Shown here: positions 44,057 to 57,739 of the stretch, one piece after another | Layout of the letters: each line of letters starts with the position of its first letter | How positions within the stretch are numbered: the first letter of the stretch is position 1 | Source: a virus | Strand: one strand, 5' to 3' | Length of the DNA: 64,000 bases | IMG/VR virus record: IMGVR_UViG_3300042898_002521 | Coordinates: 23,549 to 87,548 of that record | Translations under genes and position numbers: made by a program | Notes under the pieces: model-generated | Seen by the model: the letters and a program-made list of their open reading frames with translations, nothing else | Told to the model about the DNA's origin: nothing | The model's database searches: none

Positions 44057-45112
44057 TTACGCAGGATGTTTATTAATAAACTCATAGTTCTTAATTAGGC
44101 GTTCATTCTCTGGATTAAGTTCAACTGCTCTATGTGCATACTTTTTGGCAAATTCTTTTTTACCTAAACTCCAACACGCAATAGATAATAAATCGTACAT
44201 TTTCCACGGCATTGACTGGTCAGTTATATAGTGTTCGTGTAATGCAAGGGAAAGTTCTTCTACTTTAATAGCTGCTTGGTAGCAATGGTTCCACATCTTA
44301 CGTTCGTAGTAGTAGAAAGCCAGGGGCATCCAAGCCTCTAAGTCTTCTGGTGCTTCCTCAACGTTACGTTGATACCAGTAGAGACCTTCTCGGTCATTAC
44401 CTAATTTGCAATAGGCTTCTCCTATAAGACGCCAGGTTTGAGCTCTTTCAACATTCCAACCAGGAATGTACTCCAACTTTTTACCAACATCAATAACTTC
44501 TTGCCACATACCATTGAAGTAATACTCACGGGCTAAATAAACAATCATGCGGTGGTCGGCTGGGTCTTCGCTGTGACCAAGCTCTAATAGTGGCAGATAA
44601 CTACTACGTGGTTTGGTATTGTCTGGCCTGTGAGTAATTAAAGTGTCTATTGTTATTATATTTTCTAAGCCTTCAGCCTCAATAATTTCGTGACAAGGAT
44701 AATTCCAGGTGTACCCGTTCCTAGCATGTACTCGGATATTGTTATTCCAAATGTTTTTTGTAGTTGGGTCCCATAAATACTTTACCCAAGCGCGAGTTGT
44801 ATCTGGCTTCCAGTGCTCTCGTATCTGGTCAAAGAAGTCTGGGTCTGGAATCTCATCCATATCTAGAGAGACACACACATCCACGTCAGCAGGTACAAGG
44901 TCAAGTGCCATGTTCCTAGCCACGTCAAACCTAAAATCGTTTAGCGTGGCGCTGTGGGTTTCTACGTCATGTTGTACAAGTAAATTATAAGTGCTGTCTT
45001 CTGACCCAGTATCTAGAACAATTCGGACATCGGCACCTTGGGTAGCATCTACCCACTGTTTAACATGCTTAGCTTCATTTTTAGCTATTGCATAAACTGC
45101 AATCTTAACCAT
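44057..45112 (-). CDS. GT2 glycosyltransferase with C-terminal TPR repeats, leaderless
   Basis: IAVYAIAKNE, LDTGSED, FRFDVARN, SLDMDE, W..PCHE, H.PD..K.R..YL.LL; TPR-like helices. Confidence 0.9.
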   Translation of the reverse strand: MVKIAVYAIAKNEAKHVKQWVDATQGADVRIVLDTGSEDSTYNLLVQHDVETHSATLNDFRFDVARNMALDLVPADVDVCVSLDMDEIPDPDFFDQIREHWKPDTTRAWVKYLWDPTTKNIWNNNIRVHARNGYTWNYPCHEIIEAEGLENIITIDTLITHRPDNTKPRSSYLPLLELGHSEDPADHRMIVYLAREYYFNGMWQEVIDVGKKLEYIPGWNVERAQTWRLIGEAYCKLGNDREGLYWYQRNVEEAPEDLEAWMPLAFYYYERKMWNHCYQAAIKVEELSLALHEHYITDQSMPWKMYDLLSIACWSLGKKEFAKKYAHRAVELNPENERLIKNYEFINKHPA

Positions 45113-45134
45113 GCTTTAACTTTAACACACTAAA

Positions 45135-45230
45135 CTATGGTCGTAGTGAGGACTTATTAATCGCTACACCTTTGCAACAATCTGCATAGGACTCACAGTC
45201 TTGTGTTGGACATCCTGTACGACAAGCCAT
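45135..45230 (-). CDS. 31-aa Cys-rich peptide
   Basis: MACRTGCPTQDCESYADCCKGVAINKSSLRP; GAGG RBS and TAATG coupling. Confidence 0.6.
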   Translation of the reverse strand: MACRTGCPTQDCESYADCCKGVAINKSSLRP

Positions 45231-45439
45231 TACTCAGTAACCTCAACTAAATCTGCAATAAGAGTTCCACATGGACCACAGTAGCAATCGTAAATAGGGT
45301 TGCCATTCTCATCTGGAATAATAATCTGTTCAGCTGTTTCTGGGTCAATGTATGAGTACGGGTCTAGTGTCTGGGGAAGCGCCACATTTTCTGCAATACA
45401 CCCAGAAGTTTTACAGGTAACAATATAATTTTTAATCAT
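45230..45439 (-). CDS. Small protein after the fibre gene (possible fibre chaperone)
   Basis: C...GC..EN...CGPCG; AAGGA RBS. Confidence 0.65.
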   Translation of the reverse strand: MIKNYIVTCKTSGCIAENVALPQTLDPYSYIDPETAEQIIIPDENGNPIYDCYCGPCGTLIADLVEVTE

Positions 45440-45447
45440 TAAAATCC

Positions 45448-49439
<3,992 letters not shown>

Positions 49440-49504
49440 AAACGCTCCCTTGGTAATTTACACTCTAATAAATAATGCCCTATTTCATAAGCAATTACTG
49501 CTTA

Positions 49505-49533
49505 AAACAGAAATAGCGGGCCGCAGCCCGCTA
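49505..49533 (-). terminator. Intrinsic terminator
   Basis: TAGCGGGC-TGCG-GCCCGCTA followed by TTTCTGTTTT. Confidence 0.8.
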
Positions 49534-49546
49534 CCTCCGACACTTG

Positions 49547-49918
49547 CTAGATAACTCCAGCTAAGTAACCTTTTTCTTCAAGGTGGCGAGCCAAGTCTCT
49601 TTGAACTTGGTACTTCTGACCTGCTACGAACGTGAACATATTTCCCGCTCCAAAAGTCATGTTTTCAATAGTTTCAACAACGCGAATGGTGACAGTGTCG
49701 TCACCCTTAGCTACTACGGTTGCTTCGTCAACTACGACGGTTGCTACCTGAGTTGGCTTGGTTGCATCAATAATTTCGGTATCTAGCGCTATTGCTTTTT
49801 GCGCAGTTGCCATAGCCATGTTGGCTGCGGCTTCTTGCTGTTGTTCAGCAAACTCTGCTTGCTGCTTTTCACGCTGACGACCAGTTGCGTCGGTAGGCTT
49901 TGCTTTTGCTGTTGCCAT
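49547..49918 (-). CDS. Hypothetical protein downstream of the capsid gene
   Basis: Start moved to ATG 49918 (GGAG RBS); C-terminal F.AGQKY.V...LA.HLEEKGY. Confidence 0.75.
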   Translation of the reverse strand: MATAKAKPTDATGRQREKQQAEFAEQQQEAAANMAMATAQKAIALDTEIIDATKPTQVATVVVDEATVVAKGDDTVTIRVVETIENMTFGAGNMFTFVAGQKYQVQRDLARHLEEKGYLAGVI

Positions 49919-49946
49919 GATTGTTTTCTCCAATGTTAGTGTCTGT

Positions 49947-49978
49947 TAAAAGAAGAGGGGGGCCCGAAGGCCCCCCTC
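49947..49978 (-). terminator. Intrinsic terminator after the major capsid gene
   Basis: GAGGGGGGCC-CTTCG-GGCCCCCCTC followed by TTCTTTT. Confidence 0.85.
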
Positions 49979-49989
49979 AAGGGGTCTTA

Positions 49990-51060
49990 CTAGTTGGTTT
50001 CTGCAACCACAATTGCTTGATCAGTGATAAGACCAAGACCAAAGATCGAGTACCATGCTAATGCATGCTCACGACCGAAGTCTAGGATACCACCGTCACG
50101 CAATTCAACAGGAAGCGAGATAGCATGACCAAAAGCGTTGTCTCCAATGAAGATAGCGCTGTAGCGGTCAGCTGAACCGTTGCCAGTGAATGTGTTAGGG
50201 GTTGTGTAACCGCCACCAGCAGAAACAACAGGAGTTGAAACTGCAGTGTCAGCGGAGTAGGAAGTGCCTGCTCCACCTGGAACCTTGAGAACCTGTGTGG
50301 TTTCAATGAACACGGTGTCGAACAAACGACCGATTTCACCAAGCATGAAGTTACCAGGAGCGGCATACTTCGATACTTCAATGAATTCAGCGTTATCACG
50401 AAGAGCACGGCTCTGGTGAGGGTGTACGAATGCAACGTAAGTTTCGCCCAAACGTGGGATATTCTTGGTTGCTAGGGTCTCAACTGCGTCCTTAACGGTT
50501 GCGGTTGTTAGGGAGAAGTTACCAGTCATTGTTGCGCGGCTGGAGCCCTTAGTACCCTTGTCGTACCAGTTATTAACTGCCTGTAGGCCAGTACGGTCGT
50601 AACCGTAGATTACCGAGGTAGCACCGTAAAGTGTATCGCGGGAAATCTGGTCTAGGTAGATTGCCATGTTGCGACCTAGAAGACGTGAGGCAGAAGCCAT
50701 AACATCATCAAAAGAAGCATTAAGCAGAAGTTCAGATACAGCAAGTGCATAGCCATGCTCTGAAACGGTGATGCTGAACTGCTGTGCAGTCAAAGCATTT
50801 GTAGTCATGCGGACACCTTCAACCAATGGCTGTGCAAAGCCAAGGTTGTTGTATCTCATGAAATTGATCTGAAGACCAGGTGCAACACCTAGTTCTGTCT
50901 TCTTTACTGCGAACTGCTCAAAGCGTAGAATCGGCATAGCCTGGAAGAGAATTTCCTTCGACCAGATTTGCTGGATTGCTTGAGTCAGTTGGCTGTTTGT
51001 GCCTGAATAGGCTGTTGGGGATGCGGCGAGGTTGCCTGTTCCCGTTAGTGCGCTAGCCAC
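49990..51060 (-). CDS. Major capsid protein (N4-gp56 family)
   Basis: G.QINFMRY, L.EG, EHG, YVAFVHP.Q...LR, GEIG....VFIET, D.GR....AWY. Confidence 0.92.
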   Translation of the reverse strand: MASALTGTGNLAASPTAYSGTNSQLTQAIQQIWSKEILFQAMPILRFEQFAVKKTELGVAPGLQINFMRYNNLGFAQPLVEGVRMTTNALTAQQFSITVSEHGYALAVSELLLNASFDDVMASASRLLGRNMAIYLDQISRDTLYGATSVIYGYDRTGLQAVNNWYDKGTKGSSRATMTGNFSLTTATVKDAVETLATKNIPRLGETYVAFVHPHQSRALRDNAEFIEVSKYAAPGNFMLGEIGRLFDTVFIETTQVLKVPGGAGTSYSADTAVSTPVVSAGGGYTTPNTFTGNGSADRYSAIFIGDNAFGHAISLPVELRDGGILDFGREHALAWYSIFGLGLITDQAIVVAETN

Positions 51061-51102
51061 GAATGGACTCCTTGTTTGTTGTTTATGGGTTTATGGGTGG
51101 TA

Positions 51103-51894
51103 TTAACCGAACAAGCCCTTTGACCGACCTTGAGCTTCTGGGCTCAATAGTTGGCTTCTGTATTTTGCGTAATCATTCAACGACATGGCTGAAATATCTT
51201 CAGCCGTAAATTGTCTAGTGCCCGTATTGACGTCCATAGGTCCAGCATCTGGGGGCGTGGTTACCCTCGTCCCAGTCATATCCCTGCGAGCAGCCTGCAT
51301 TGCTTGCTGTGCTGATTCAAGGATACGGGACGAGCGGTCTTTTAGTCCCGCGATACTTTGTTCAATTTCTTCTTGCGTGTTGCCGTCAATCAAATCTACA
51401 AGTTCAGGAATAATGTTATCCCGCTCTTGTTCGACGCGCTGACTGCGGTAGTTAGTTAACTCTGTGAATGCTCTTTCACGATCCAGAAGAGCAAAAGCTC
51501 GTTCGCGCTCTTGGCGCTCACGGTCCAACTGCTCCATTAGTTCTTGTTCCTTAACCTTTAGAAGGTCACGGACTTCAAGTTCTTCCTCAGCTTTTAGCTT
51601 CTTTTCAGCCGCTTTTGCATCCGCTTCAGCTTGCTTTGCAGCAAGTTCTGTTTCACGATCGCGCTTAATAAGGTCAAGTTCTTCTTTGAGCTTATCAATC
51701 TGAGGGTAGAGCTTTTCTTTTTCTTGACTTCGAACTTTAGCCAAATCATCTTCAGTGTAGAATTTTGACCTTGTTTCTGAGGTAGCAGCGGGTGCGTCAA
51801 CGCCCGTTGTTGCTGCTACTGGAGGTGCGACATTAGAAACCGCTTCCGCTTCAGCGGTAAAAGCTTCCATATCTGCATTTACAGATGTTTCCAT
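51103..51894 (-). CDS. Capsid scaffolding protein
   Basis: Acidic coiled coil between portal and capsid genes; C-terminal I..MS..DY...R..L. Confidence 0.85.
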   Translation of the reverse strand: METSVNADMEAFTAEAEAVSNVAPPVAATTGVDAPAATSETRSKFYTEDDLAKVRSQEKEKLYPQIDKLKEELDLIKRDRETELAAKQAEADAKAAEKKLKAEEELEVRDLLKVKEQELMEQLDRERQERERAFALLDRERAFTELTNYRSQRVEQERDNIIPELVDLIDGNTQEEIEQSIAGLKDRSSRILESAQQAMQAARRDMTGTRVTTPPDAGPMDVNTGTRQFTAEDISAMSLNDYAKYRSQLLSPEAQGRSKGLFG

Positions 51895-52018
51895 ACTATT
51901 TCCTTAGGTATTCTCTGGGTCGTTATCCAAATGGGGCAAGCCCCGTATCACGTATGACCGAACAATTGTTTATATATTCATTTTTGTACGAAGAACAGGG
52001 TTTGTCTTACTAAACCCT

Positions 52019-53755
52019 TTAATATCTATCATTTCCTTCGCCCGACGGTGCTCTTCTGTTTGGCAGAGTAGTACCGTAAGCTCTTGTTACCAAGTCAATG
52101 CGGAGCTGCTGTTCAGCCTGCTCAGACGCCATAGTTGCTTGGTCAATAATTGGCATAGGCATTGGAGGTAATCCTTCGCCTTCTTTTCCTGCTGGAGGCC
52201 CACCTGGTTGTCCAGGAGCCATAGGAACTGGTTGACCACCAAGGCCACCAGAAAGCATGCCAGTAAGTTCAGCAATGGTGTTTTCAATCTGGGTTTGTAC
52301 CAGTTTGACGGCTCCGTCAGCCTTAGCATCAGCCAGAAGTTCAACGCGAATCTCATCTAGCTTCTCGTATGGGAATTCTTCACCAAGGGCACGAAGAGCG
52401 CCAGCCTTCGATTCCAGACCCAAGGACATTTTGGTCTGAACTTCGTTAAGCACAATTAGCTTATCCAAAGGCAATGGTGGCAAGAAATGCACAAAGTTTT
52501 GGTAAGTTAATGGATCGTTAATATCAAGCACTTGGGCTTCACCTTGAGCAAGGCCACCCTCAAGTAGAGGGTTCCACATCATGGTTTCAGGCTCTTTAAT
52601 AGCAAGGTTTAAGATAATAAGTTCATTAATACGCTGAATGCCACGGGAGTACTGGGTAATCTTTTGATTCCATTTATTCATTAAAGGTTGGAATTGAATA
52701 GAAAGTGCGACGCCAGAAGTGTTAGAAATAGGTTGCGCCATACCCAAAGCAGTTTCTGGAACACCAGTAAGTTCATGCATGGACTTTTTCATAAGGGCTA
52801 GGAATTCCATAGCGCCCTTTAGACCTTGCGCGCCACCCTCAAGGTTTTCTACGCGAGCATCTTTAGGAAGACCGCCCCAAACTTTATTAGCGCCTTTTTC
52901 TAGCTGGTTAGCCTTGGCTCCGATGATGACAGTAACAGGAGCAGCATGATAATTAACGATATCTGCAATATCTGTCGAAACTTCATTGTAGGTGCGGTTA
53001 ATAGGAATGATGTCATGGCAATCAGAAAGCCCCCAAGGGGAACCAGAAACCCGAACATTAGGAATGTGAATAACTGGAATGGTTCCAAGTGGGTTTGGGC
53101 GTGAATCAATAAGTTCATCGTTAATGTATTCCTCAATAATGTCATCGGTAAGGATTTCAGTATATGTAAAGACCTGCCGAGTTCCTTCAAGCGAGGTGCC
53201 CCAAAAACGGTACTTTAGCTTGAAACGAATGAGTCGCTCGCGGTCATGCGGGTGAAACTCGGGGAAAGCAAAAGAGGCGTTAAGGGGAAGAATGCGGACT
53301 TTACCAGCATGCATACGTCCTACGGAATCTTCGTAGGCTTCTTCATAAGCAACTTTAACAAAGCAATCGCCTGAGACTGCGCCCTGTTGGCCCATTTCCC
53401 AAAGAACAGTGCCTTTATCATTATCTTGCGACCACACGCGCTCAAGCAAATCAGGAACAATTCCCTCAGTTTGCTTAGGGCTACGGAAGTGGCAACCGTG
53501 GCTAAACGAAAAGTTAATGATGTAATCAGTAAAAGCTCGATAGTAGTTAAACACCATCTGGGTCTCTCCCGCTTGACGGCGGTAAGAAGCATGATGGCCT
53601 AGATACATAGCCCAGTTTAGGGAGTAACGGTTTAGACGAGGACCGTGGACCTCAAACTCTTCGTCTGCAAGTTCTACAAGACCAAGAGGGGAAATTGAAA
53701 TGGTAAGGTCAGATGACGCCGCCCGATATGACGGGGGAGAAAAGTCAATACTCAC
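52019..53755 (-). CDS. Portal protein (SPP1 gp6-like)
   Basis: GD.F.KV, NPLG.IPV.H.PN, WG.SD, SG.AL, S...AL..LG; 578 aa; position after terminase. Confidence 0.92.
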   Translation of the reverse strand: MSIDFSPPSYRAASSDLTISISPLGLVELADEEFEVHGPRLNRYSLNWAMYLGHHASYRRQAGETQMVFNYYRAFTDYIINFSFSHGCHFRSPKQTEGIVPDLLERVWSQDNDKGTVLWEMGQQGAVSGDCFVKVAYEEAYEDSVGRMHAGKVRILPLNASFAFPEFHPHDRERLIRFKLKYRFWGTSLEGTRQVFTYTEILTDDIIEEYINDELIDSRPNPLGTIPVIHIPNVRVSGSPWGLSDCHDIIPINRTYNEVSTDIADIVNYHAAPVTVIIGAKANQLEKGANKVWGGLPKDARVENLEGGAQGLKGAMEFLALMKKSMHELTGVPETALGMAQPISNTSGVALSIQFQPLMNKWNQKITQYSRGIQRINELIILNLAIKEPETMMWNPLLEGGLAQGEAQVLDINDPLTYQNFVHFLPPLPLDKLIVLNEVQTKMSLGLESKAGALRALGEEFPYEKLDEIRVELLADAKADGAVKLVQTQIENTIAELTGMLSGGLGGQPVPMAPGQPGGPPAGKEGEGLPPMPMPIIDQATMASEQAEQQLRIDLVTRAYGTTLPNRRAPSGEGNDRY

Positions 53756-53796
53756 CTAATTACCTCAATTCTAATCTAACAAATACTAGCATACTA

Positions 53797-54105
53797 TTAA
53801 CGATAACGTTCTCCGCGAATATTTCCGCGACCAACATTTTTGGTAACTTTTTCTTTTTTTGCCGCAATCTGAGCATCCATGCGTTCTTGCACGTAATCTC
53901 TAAACCGTGGGTCAATTTGACTTGCCTTATCAACAAACTTTCCACCCACTTGCGCGTAGTGTGAATGAACCCAGTGAGCAGAAGCAGGTGATGGGTAAAC
54001 ACGAAATCGCGATTTAGCCTGTGCAACATACATGTTCCACAACTTAGGGTTGGCAGGAAGTTGTTTCGGTCCTTCTTGAACCGATTTACCTTGAATAAGA
54101 GCCAT
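53797..54105 (-). CDS. Basic hypothetical protein
   Basis: PANPKLW....AQAKSRF.VYPS..S.HW...Y...GGKF motif. Confidence 0.75.
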   Translation of the reverse strand: MALIQGKSVQEGPKQLPANPKLWNMYVAQAKSRFRVYPSPASAHWVHSHYAQVGGKFVDKASQIDPRFRDYVQERMDAQIAAKKEKVTKNVGRGNIRGERYR

Positions 54106-54118
54106 AAGAAATCCTAAG

Positions 54119-54146
54119 TGCCCCCCGCCTTGTGGGCAGGGGGCAA
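54119..54146. terminator. GC-rich hairpin, possible terminator
   Basis: Imperfect TGCCCCC...GGGGGCA stem; no clear U tract. Confidence 0.4.
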
Positions 54147-54162
54147 TTCCCAGGTAGCGGGA

Positions 54163-54567
54163 TTAGTCCTGAACGACAGATGGGTTTAAGCGGAACTGGT
54201 GCCCACCATCACGGAATACTTCCTCAAACACGTTCTGACCATGATCTGCAAAAGCATTGCTTGCAAAATCTTGTAGAACGGTTGGGGCTTCCACCCAGGC
54301 TGCCGAGCCAACGTGAGCACGCTCGCGCATTGTTTCTTCAGGGTATTTTTCGAAAACGTTCTGGTTATGGTTTGGTCGACCAGGGGCAGGAATGTATCCC
54401 TGCATAGCTCCCTTAGTGAATTCCATAGGAACGTCAGTATCCGTAGCTAAACCTTCTTCAAAACGAAGTGGTCCGCGCTGTCCTGGAAAGGCAGGGCTTA
54501 CGGTACGGTCGTATACAGTACCTGGACGCTCAGGGAACTGAGGCGTAGGTGCGATGTTCATTGACAT
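54163..54567 (-). CDS. Hypothetical protein between terminase and portal
   Basis: Start moved to ATG 54567 with AAGGAG RBS; CTGACT-N17-GATAAT promoter. Confidence 0.75.
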   Translation of the reverse strand: MSMNIAPTPQFPERPGTVYDRTVSPAFPGQRGPLRFEEGLATDTDVPMEFTKGAMQGYIPAPGRPNHNQNVFEKYPEETMRERAHVGSAAWVEAPTVLQDFASNAFADHGQNVFEEVFRDGGHQFRLNPSVVQD

Positions 54568-54652
54568 TTGGAGAATCTCCTTAAAGTTAAGGTTGAGGTA
54601 CCTCACTAAAAATTATCCCTGTTAATGAGGCTTTAGTCAGAGTAAACTCAAA

Positions 54653-56251
54653 CTACCTAGAGAAAAATGGTGAAGACGAAACTTCTGCTTCTGGCATGGT
54701 CATATCTAGTGTTAGACAGCACGCAATGGCTAAAGAATCAGCAAAATCATCATGTGCATGAGCTTCGTCTGGAGCTTGCGCCGTAAAGTTAGGGCCTTGA
54801 AATTTAGTCTCTAAATCAGTCATTTGCTGGTAAAAACGCTTATAGGTACGCAATCTACGAGTCTTAGCGTGTGCTGGAAATCCAATCATACGACGGTCAA
54901 TAAGAGCCTTAAGATGCTTCCAACGTTTAGACTGCTCAGACTGGCTACTGCTTAAAGGAACAACTTCTGCTCTTGGTAAAAGAAGTTTAAGACGCTGGGC
55001 CACTGCGTCACCTACACCGTTTGCGTCAACTCCAACAATTAACACATTGTAGTTGGCAAGGAAGTTTACAATCTGGAAGTACTGGTCTTCCCAGTCATCA
55101 CCTTGAATTTCCATCCAGTTAAGTACGCGATGATCGTAGTAACCAAATTCATCAGGTCGGTCCCAATCAACCCAGACAACGGTAACTACTGTACTGTCCA
55201 TCTTTCGAGCAGGGTCAATACCAACAACTACAGGAGTACGGTGCCAAGCACGTACTACTTCTTGGCTGGTATCTCCAAGCTCATCCATAATAGTGGACGT
55301 AACGAACATACCTTTTTCAAGCATCCACTTGCAGTTGTAAGACATCTGGAACTCATCAGAGTCTTCACCAATGCGCAACATTTCTTTACGAACGAACTTA
55401 TCGTATTTAGGGTTAACTTTAGACACGTCTCGCCAGTCCCATTGAAAATGATTTTGGCGTTTCCCACGGTTGGTCTGTCGTCTTTTATTTAACTGAATGG
55501 ACCGATAAAAGTTATTCTTAACATTAGTAGGTGTTCCAGTCTTAACCATAGTTCCCGAGTAGTACGCAAGCATAGGGCTAATAGATTTTGAAACAATAAA
55601 GTCGTCTGCGCCCTGGCACTCATCAATAACAATAAGGTGAAATGACTTGGATTCAATTTTGGCGCGGGGGTTGGCGGTCATCATCATAAGGCTACTGCCA
55701 GAGTTTTTAAGTTTGATTTGGCGCGTAATGCCTGGGACTTTTCCAAGAGAGTCGTCAATTTCTGGGTCACCTAATATTTCTTGGGCCCTTTCAGATGTAA
55801 GGCGATTTACAGTTCTACCAAACAAAGTTTCTACCTGGCCCTCAACGGGAGCGAACATACCAATCCATATACCGTGTTTAAACTGACCGAGTAAGTCAGG
55901 ATACATTTGAGCAAGACGTGGAAGTAAAACCATTAATGTGGCTACTGTGTTAGCAATGGTTTCTGATTTTCCAGACTGGCGAGCCGCAAGGGCGGTAACC
56001 TCTTCGCCATCATTAATAATTACCGATTCCATAATACGACGCGCTAAAGGAAGCTGGTAAGGGTGTAAAGAGTGCCCTACAAGAGCGTCCATGAATTCAA
56101 GCATGTTATCAATAAGTTTATTTACAAACTCTTTGGATAACTCATCCAGCTCTTCTTCATCGGATGGGTCTTCAGTGCCTATTCCATCAAGGAATTCTTC
56201 TTCTTCTTCTTCTGAACCCTCTTCGTAAAAGAGGTGTTGAGTTTCGCTCAT
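54653..56251 (-). CDS. terL: Terminase large subunit
   Basis: LHPYQ, ARQSGKS, VIDE, TGTP, GIDPAR..D, DANGVG, HDDFADS. Confidence 0.96.
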   Translation of the reverse strand: MSETQHLFYEEGSEEEEEEFLDGIGTEDPSDEEELDELSKEFVNKLIDNMLEFMDALVGHSLHPYQLPLARRIMESVIINDGEEVTALAARQSGKSETIANTVATLMVLLPRLAQMYPDLLGQFKHGIWIGMFAPVEGQVETLFGRTVNRLTSERAQEILGDPEIDDSLGKVPGITRQIKLKNSGSSLMMMTANPRAKIESKSFHLIVIDECQGADDFIVSKSISPMLAYYSGTMVKTGTPTNVKNNFYRSIQLNKRRQTNRGKRQNHFQWDWRDVSKVNPKYDKFVRKEMLRIGEDSDEFQMSYNCKWMLEKGMFVTSTIMDELGDTSQEVVRAWHRTPVVVGIDPARKMDSTVVTVVWVDWDRPDEFGYYDHRVLNWMEIQGDDWEDQYFQIVNFLANYNVLIVGVDANGVGDAVAQRLKLLLPRAEVVPLSSSQSEQSKRWKHLKALIDRRMIGFPAHAKTRRLRTYKRFYQQMTDLETKFQGPNFTAQAPDEAHAHDDFADSLAIACCLTLDMTMPEAEVSSSPFFSR

Positions 56252-56297
56252 GTATCTTCCAAACTAATAAAACCGATAAATAAAGGATACAGGAATG

Positions 56298-56378
56298 AAA
56301 GAGCTCTAGCGTGTAAGAAAGGAGGAAGAAACACGCTAGAGCTCAGTTGCCACCTTAGGAGAGGTAAAGAAGTGAGGC
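56298..56378 (-). ncRNA. Candidate anti-Shine-Dalgarno RNA element/terminator
   Basis: 14-bp perfect stem with loop UUCUUCCUCCUUUCUU followed by UUU; upstream weaker hairpin exposing CUCUCCUAAG. Confidence 0.55.
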
Positions 56379-56385
56379 TTTACTA

Positions 56386-56637
56386 CTATAGCATAGAGCG
56401 CTTATTTATTTCAGATGCCAAAGCATGTATAGCTTCAGCACCTAAAGATAAATCTTGTAAACTAACTACATCGTTAGGGTTTTTTTGATACCTGCCAAGT
56501 GCTCGGTTAGTCTCTGAAATAGCCTGTTCTGTCCATAGGTACAAGTCCGCGGTAGCTAACTTCGCTACTCTATTGGCTACTTTCTCAGAAAAAGGTTTGT
56601 CCCAGTTTTCTTTTTTAACCCAAAATTTTAGTCCCAT
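56386..56637 (-). CDS. Hypothetical protein
   Basis: Start moved to ATG 56637 (GAGGAG RBS). Confidence 0.7.
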   Translation of the reverse strand: MGLKFWVKKENWDKPFSEKVANRVAKLATADLYLWTEQAISETNRALGRYQKNPNDVVSLQDLSLGAEAIHALASEINKRSML

Positions 56638-56891
56638 TCCAATAACTCCTCTAGTGGTACGTCTAATTTCCTGCCCCAAATTGCCGCAGTAAGGGCCTCA
56701 TTTTCAGTTTGAGATTCAGCCCATTTTCCTATGACAAATCCTGGCTTAGTAAATGGTACACGAAATACTAGGCAACTGCCTCTACGGTAAGGCTCTTCAA
56801 TTTCGTGAGTCCAACCTTTTTCAAAAACTGGCAGGGCATCCCTATGTGGGTATTTAATTATTTGTCCATATAGTGGTCCAATTAAATTCAT
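56628..56891 (-). CDS. Hypothetical protein
   Basis: 87-aa ORF, TAATG coupling. Confidence 0.7.
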   Translation of the reverse strand: MNLIGPLYGQIIKYPHRDALPVFEKGWTHEIEEPYRRGSCLVFRVPFTKPGFVIGKWAESQTENEALTAAIWGRKLDVPLEELLEWD

Positions 56892-57424
56892 TAAAGTTTT
56901 CCTCCAAAAGGGGTATTTCTACTACTGTATCCAGGCACATAAGTTTTGCGCTGAGTTTTTTCTGCTATTTTAGATAAGCCTTTATACGCAGCACTTTGCC
57001 TAGAACTAATAGAAGCAGGTCCCATACTATCATCAGGCCAACCAGAAAGAGGACCATTTTCAATAAACTCGTGTTTAGAAGCAGAATCTCTAAAGTCATC
57101 CCACAGTCTAGGGTTTACATCGTAGTAATTCCACACGGTTCCGTCTCTAAACTGAACGGTAAGAATAAAGTTTTTTGAGTCATACCCAGCAGTTCTTGTT
57201 CTTGGGCGTTCAGGATTTGTAGTAGAAGTTTGATTTGACTGAGGGGCCCACACAGTTCCATTTCTAGCTGTATTTGGAGTTCTTACTTCAAAGTCTTCAT
57301 AAGCACGGCGCTCATCTTCATATGTGTTTGGATCGTCCCTAATGCCTTCAATAAAAGCGTCGTATTTAGACTCGGCTTTAGTAGGGTTTAAGGTCCTTCG
57401 TAAATCATCTGGGTCTGCAACCAT
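56891..57424 (-). CDS. KTSC-domain protein
   Basis: AGYD....LTVQFRDG..WNYYDV....W..F..S.SK..FI. Confidence 0.8.
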   Translation of the reverse strand: MVADPDDLRRTLNPTKAESKYDAFIEGIRDDPNTYEDERRAYEDFEVRTPNTARNGTVWAPQSNQTSTTNPERPRTRTAGYDSKNFILTVQFRDGTVWNYYDVNPRLWDDFRDSASKHEFIENGPLSGWPDDSMGPASISSRQSAAYKGLSKIAEKTQRKTYVPGYSSRNTPFGGKL

Positions 57425-57690
57425 TAAATATCACACTCGTGAAGGTCTAGTTCGTCTTCTCGCACCCGCTCATGGCAATCGTAACATCTGTACCATTTAA
57501 GGGGTTCAAAGTTGTTTTGAGCGGTGGCTCCCATAGGGAAGTTTTCTCCGTCTTCGCCAAACGCTTGTTCATACTCGTAATTAATAGGTCCCTGCATAAA
57601 CAACTCAGCGGGAAACGGACCTCGCGGGTTATGTACCGTACTAGGCACTGGGTGACCCTGAAACGTTTGAATTGTTCTAATTACGTGCAT
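57424..57690 (-). CDS. Hypothetical protein with C-terminal CxxC-H-C, leaderless
   Basis: TATTCT -10 box 6 nt before ATG. Confidence 0.7.
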   Translation of the reverse strand: MHVIRTIQTFQGHPVPSTVHNPRGPFPAELFMQGPINYEYEQAFGEDGENFPMGATAQNNFEPLKWYRCYDCHERVREDELDLHECDI

Positions 57691-57703
57691 AGTCTAAGAA
57701 TAG

Positions 57704-57729
57704 CAAAAGGGCGCCCCATAGGGCGCCCT
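57704..57729 (-). terminator. Intrinsic terminator
   Basis: AGGGCGCCC-TATG-GGGCGCCCT followed by TTT. Confidence 0.8.
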
Positions 57730-57739
57730 AAGCCTAGTA

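Noticed and set aside
51918-51960. ZTP or SAM-IV riboswitch
   Set aside because: Only the GGUCAU start is similar; ligand-binding cores are absent and the gene context does not fit.
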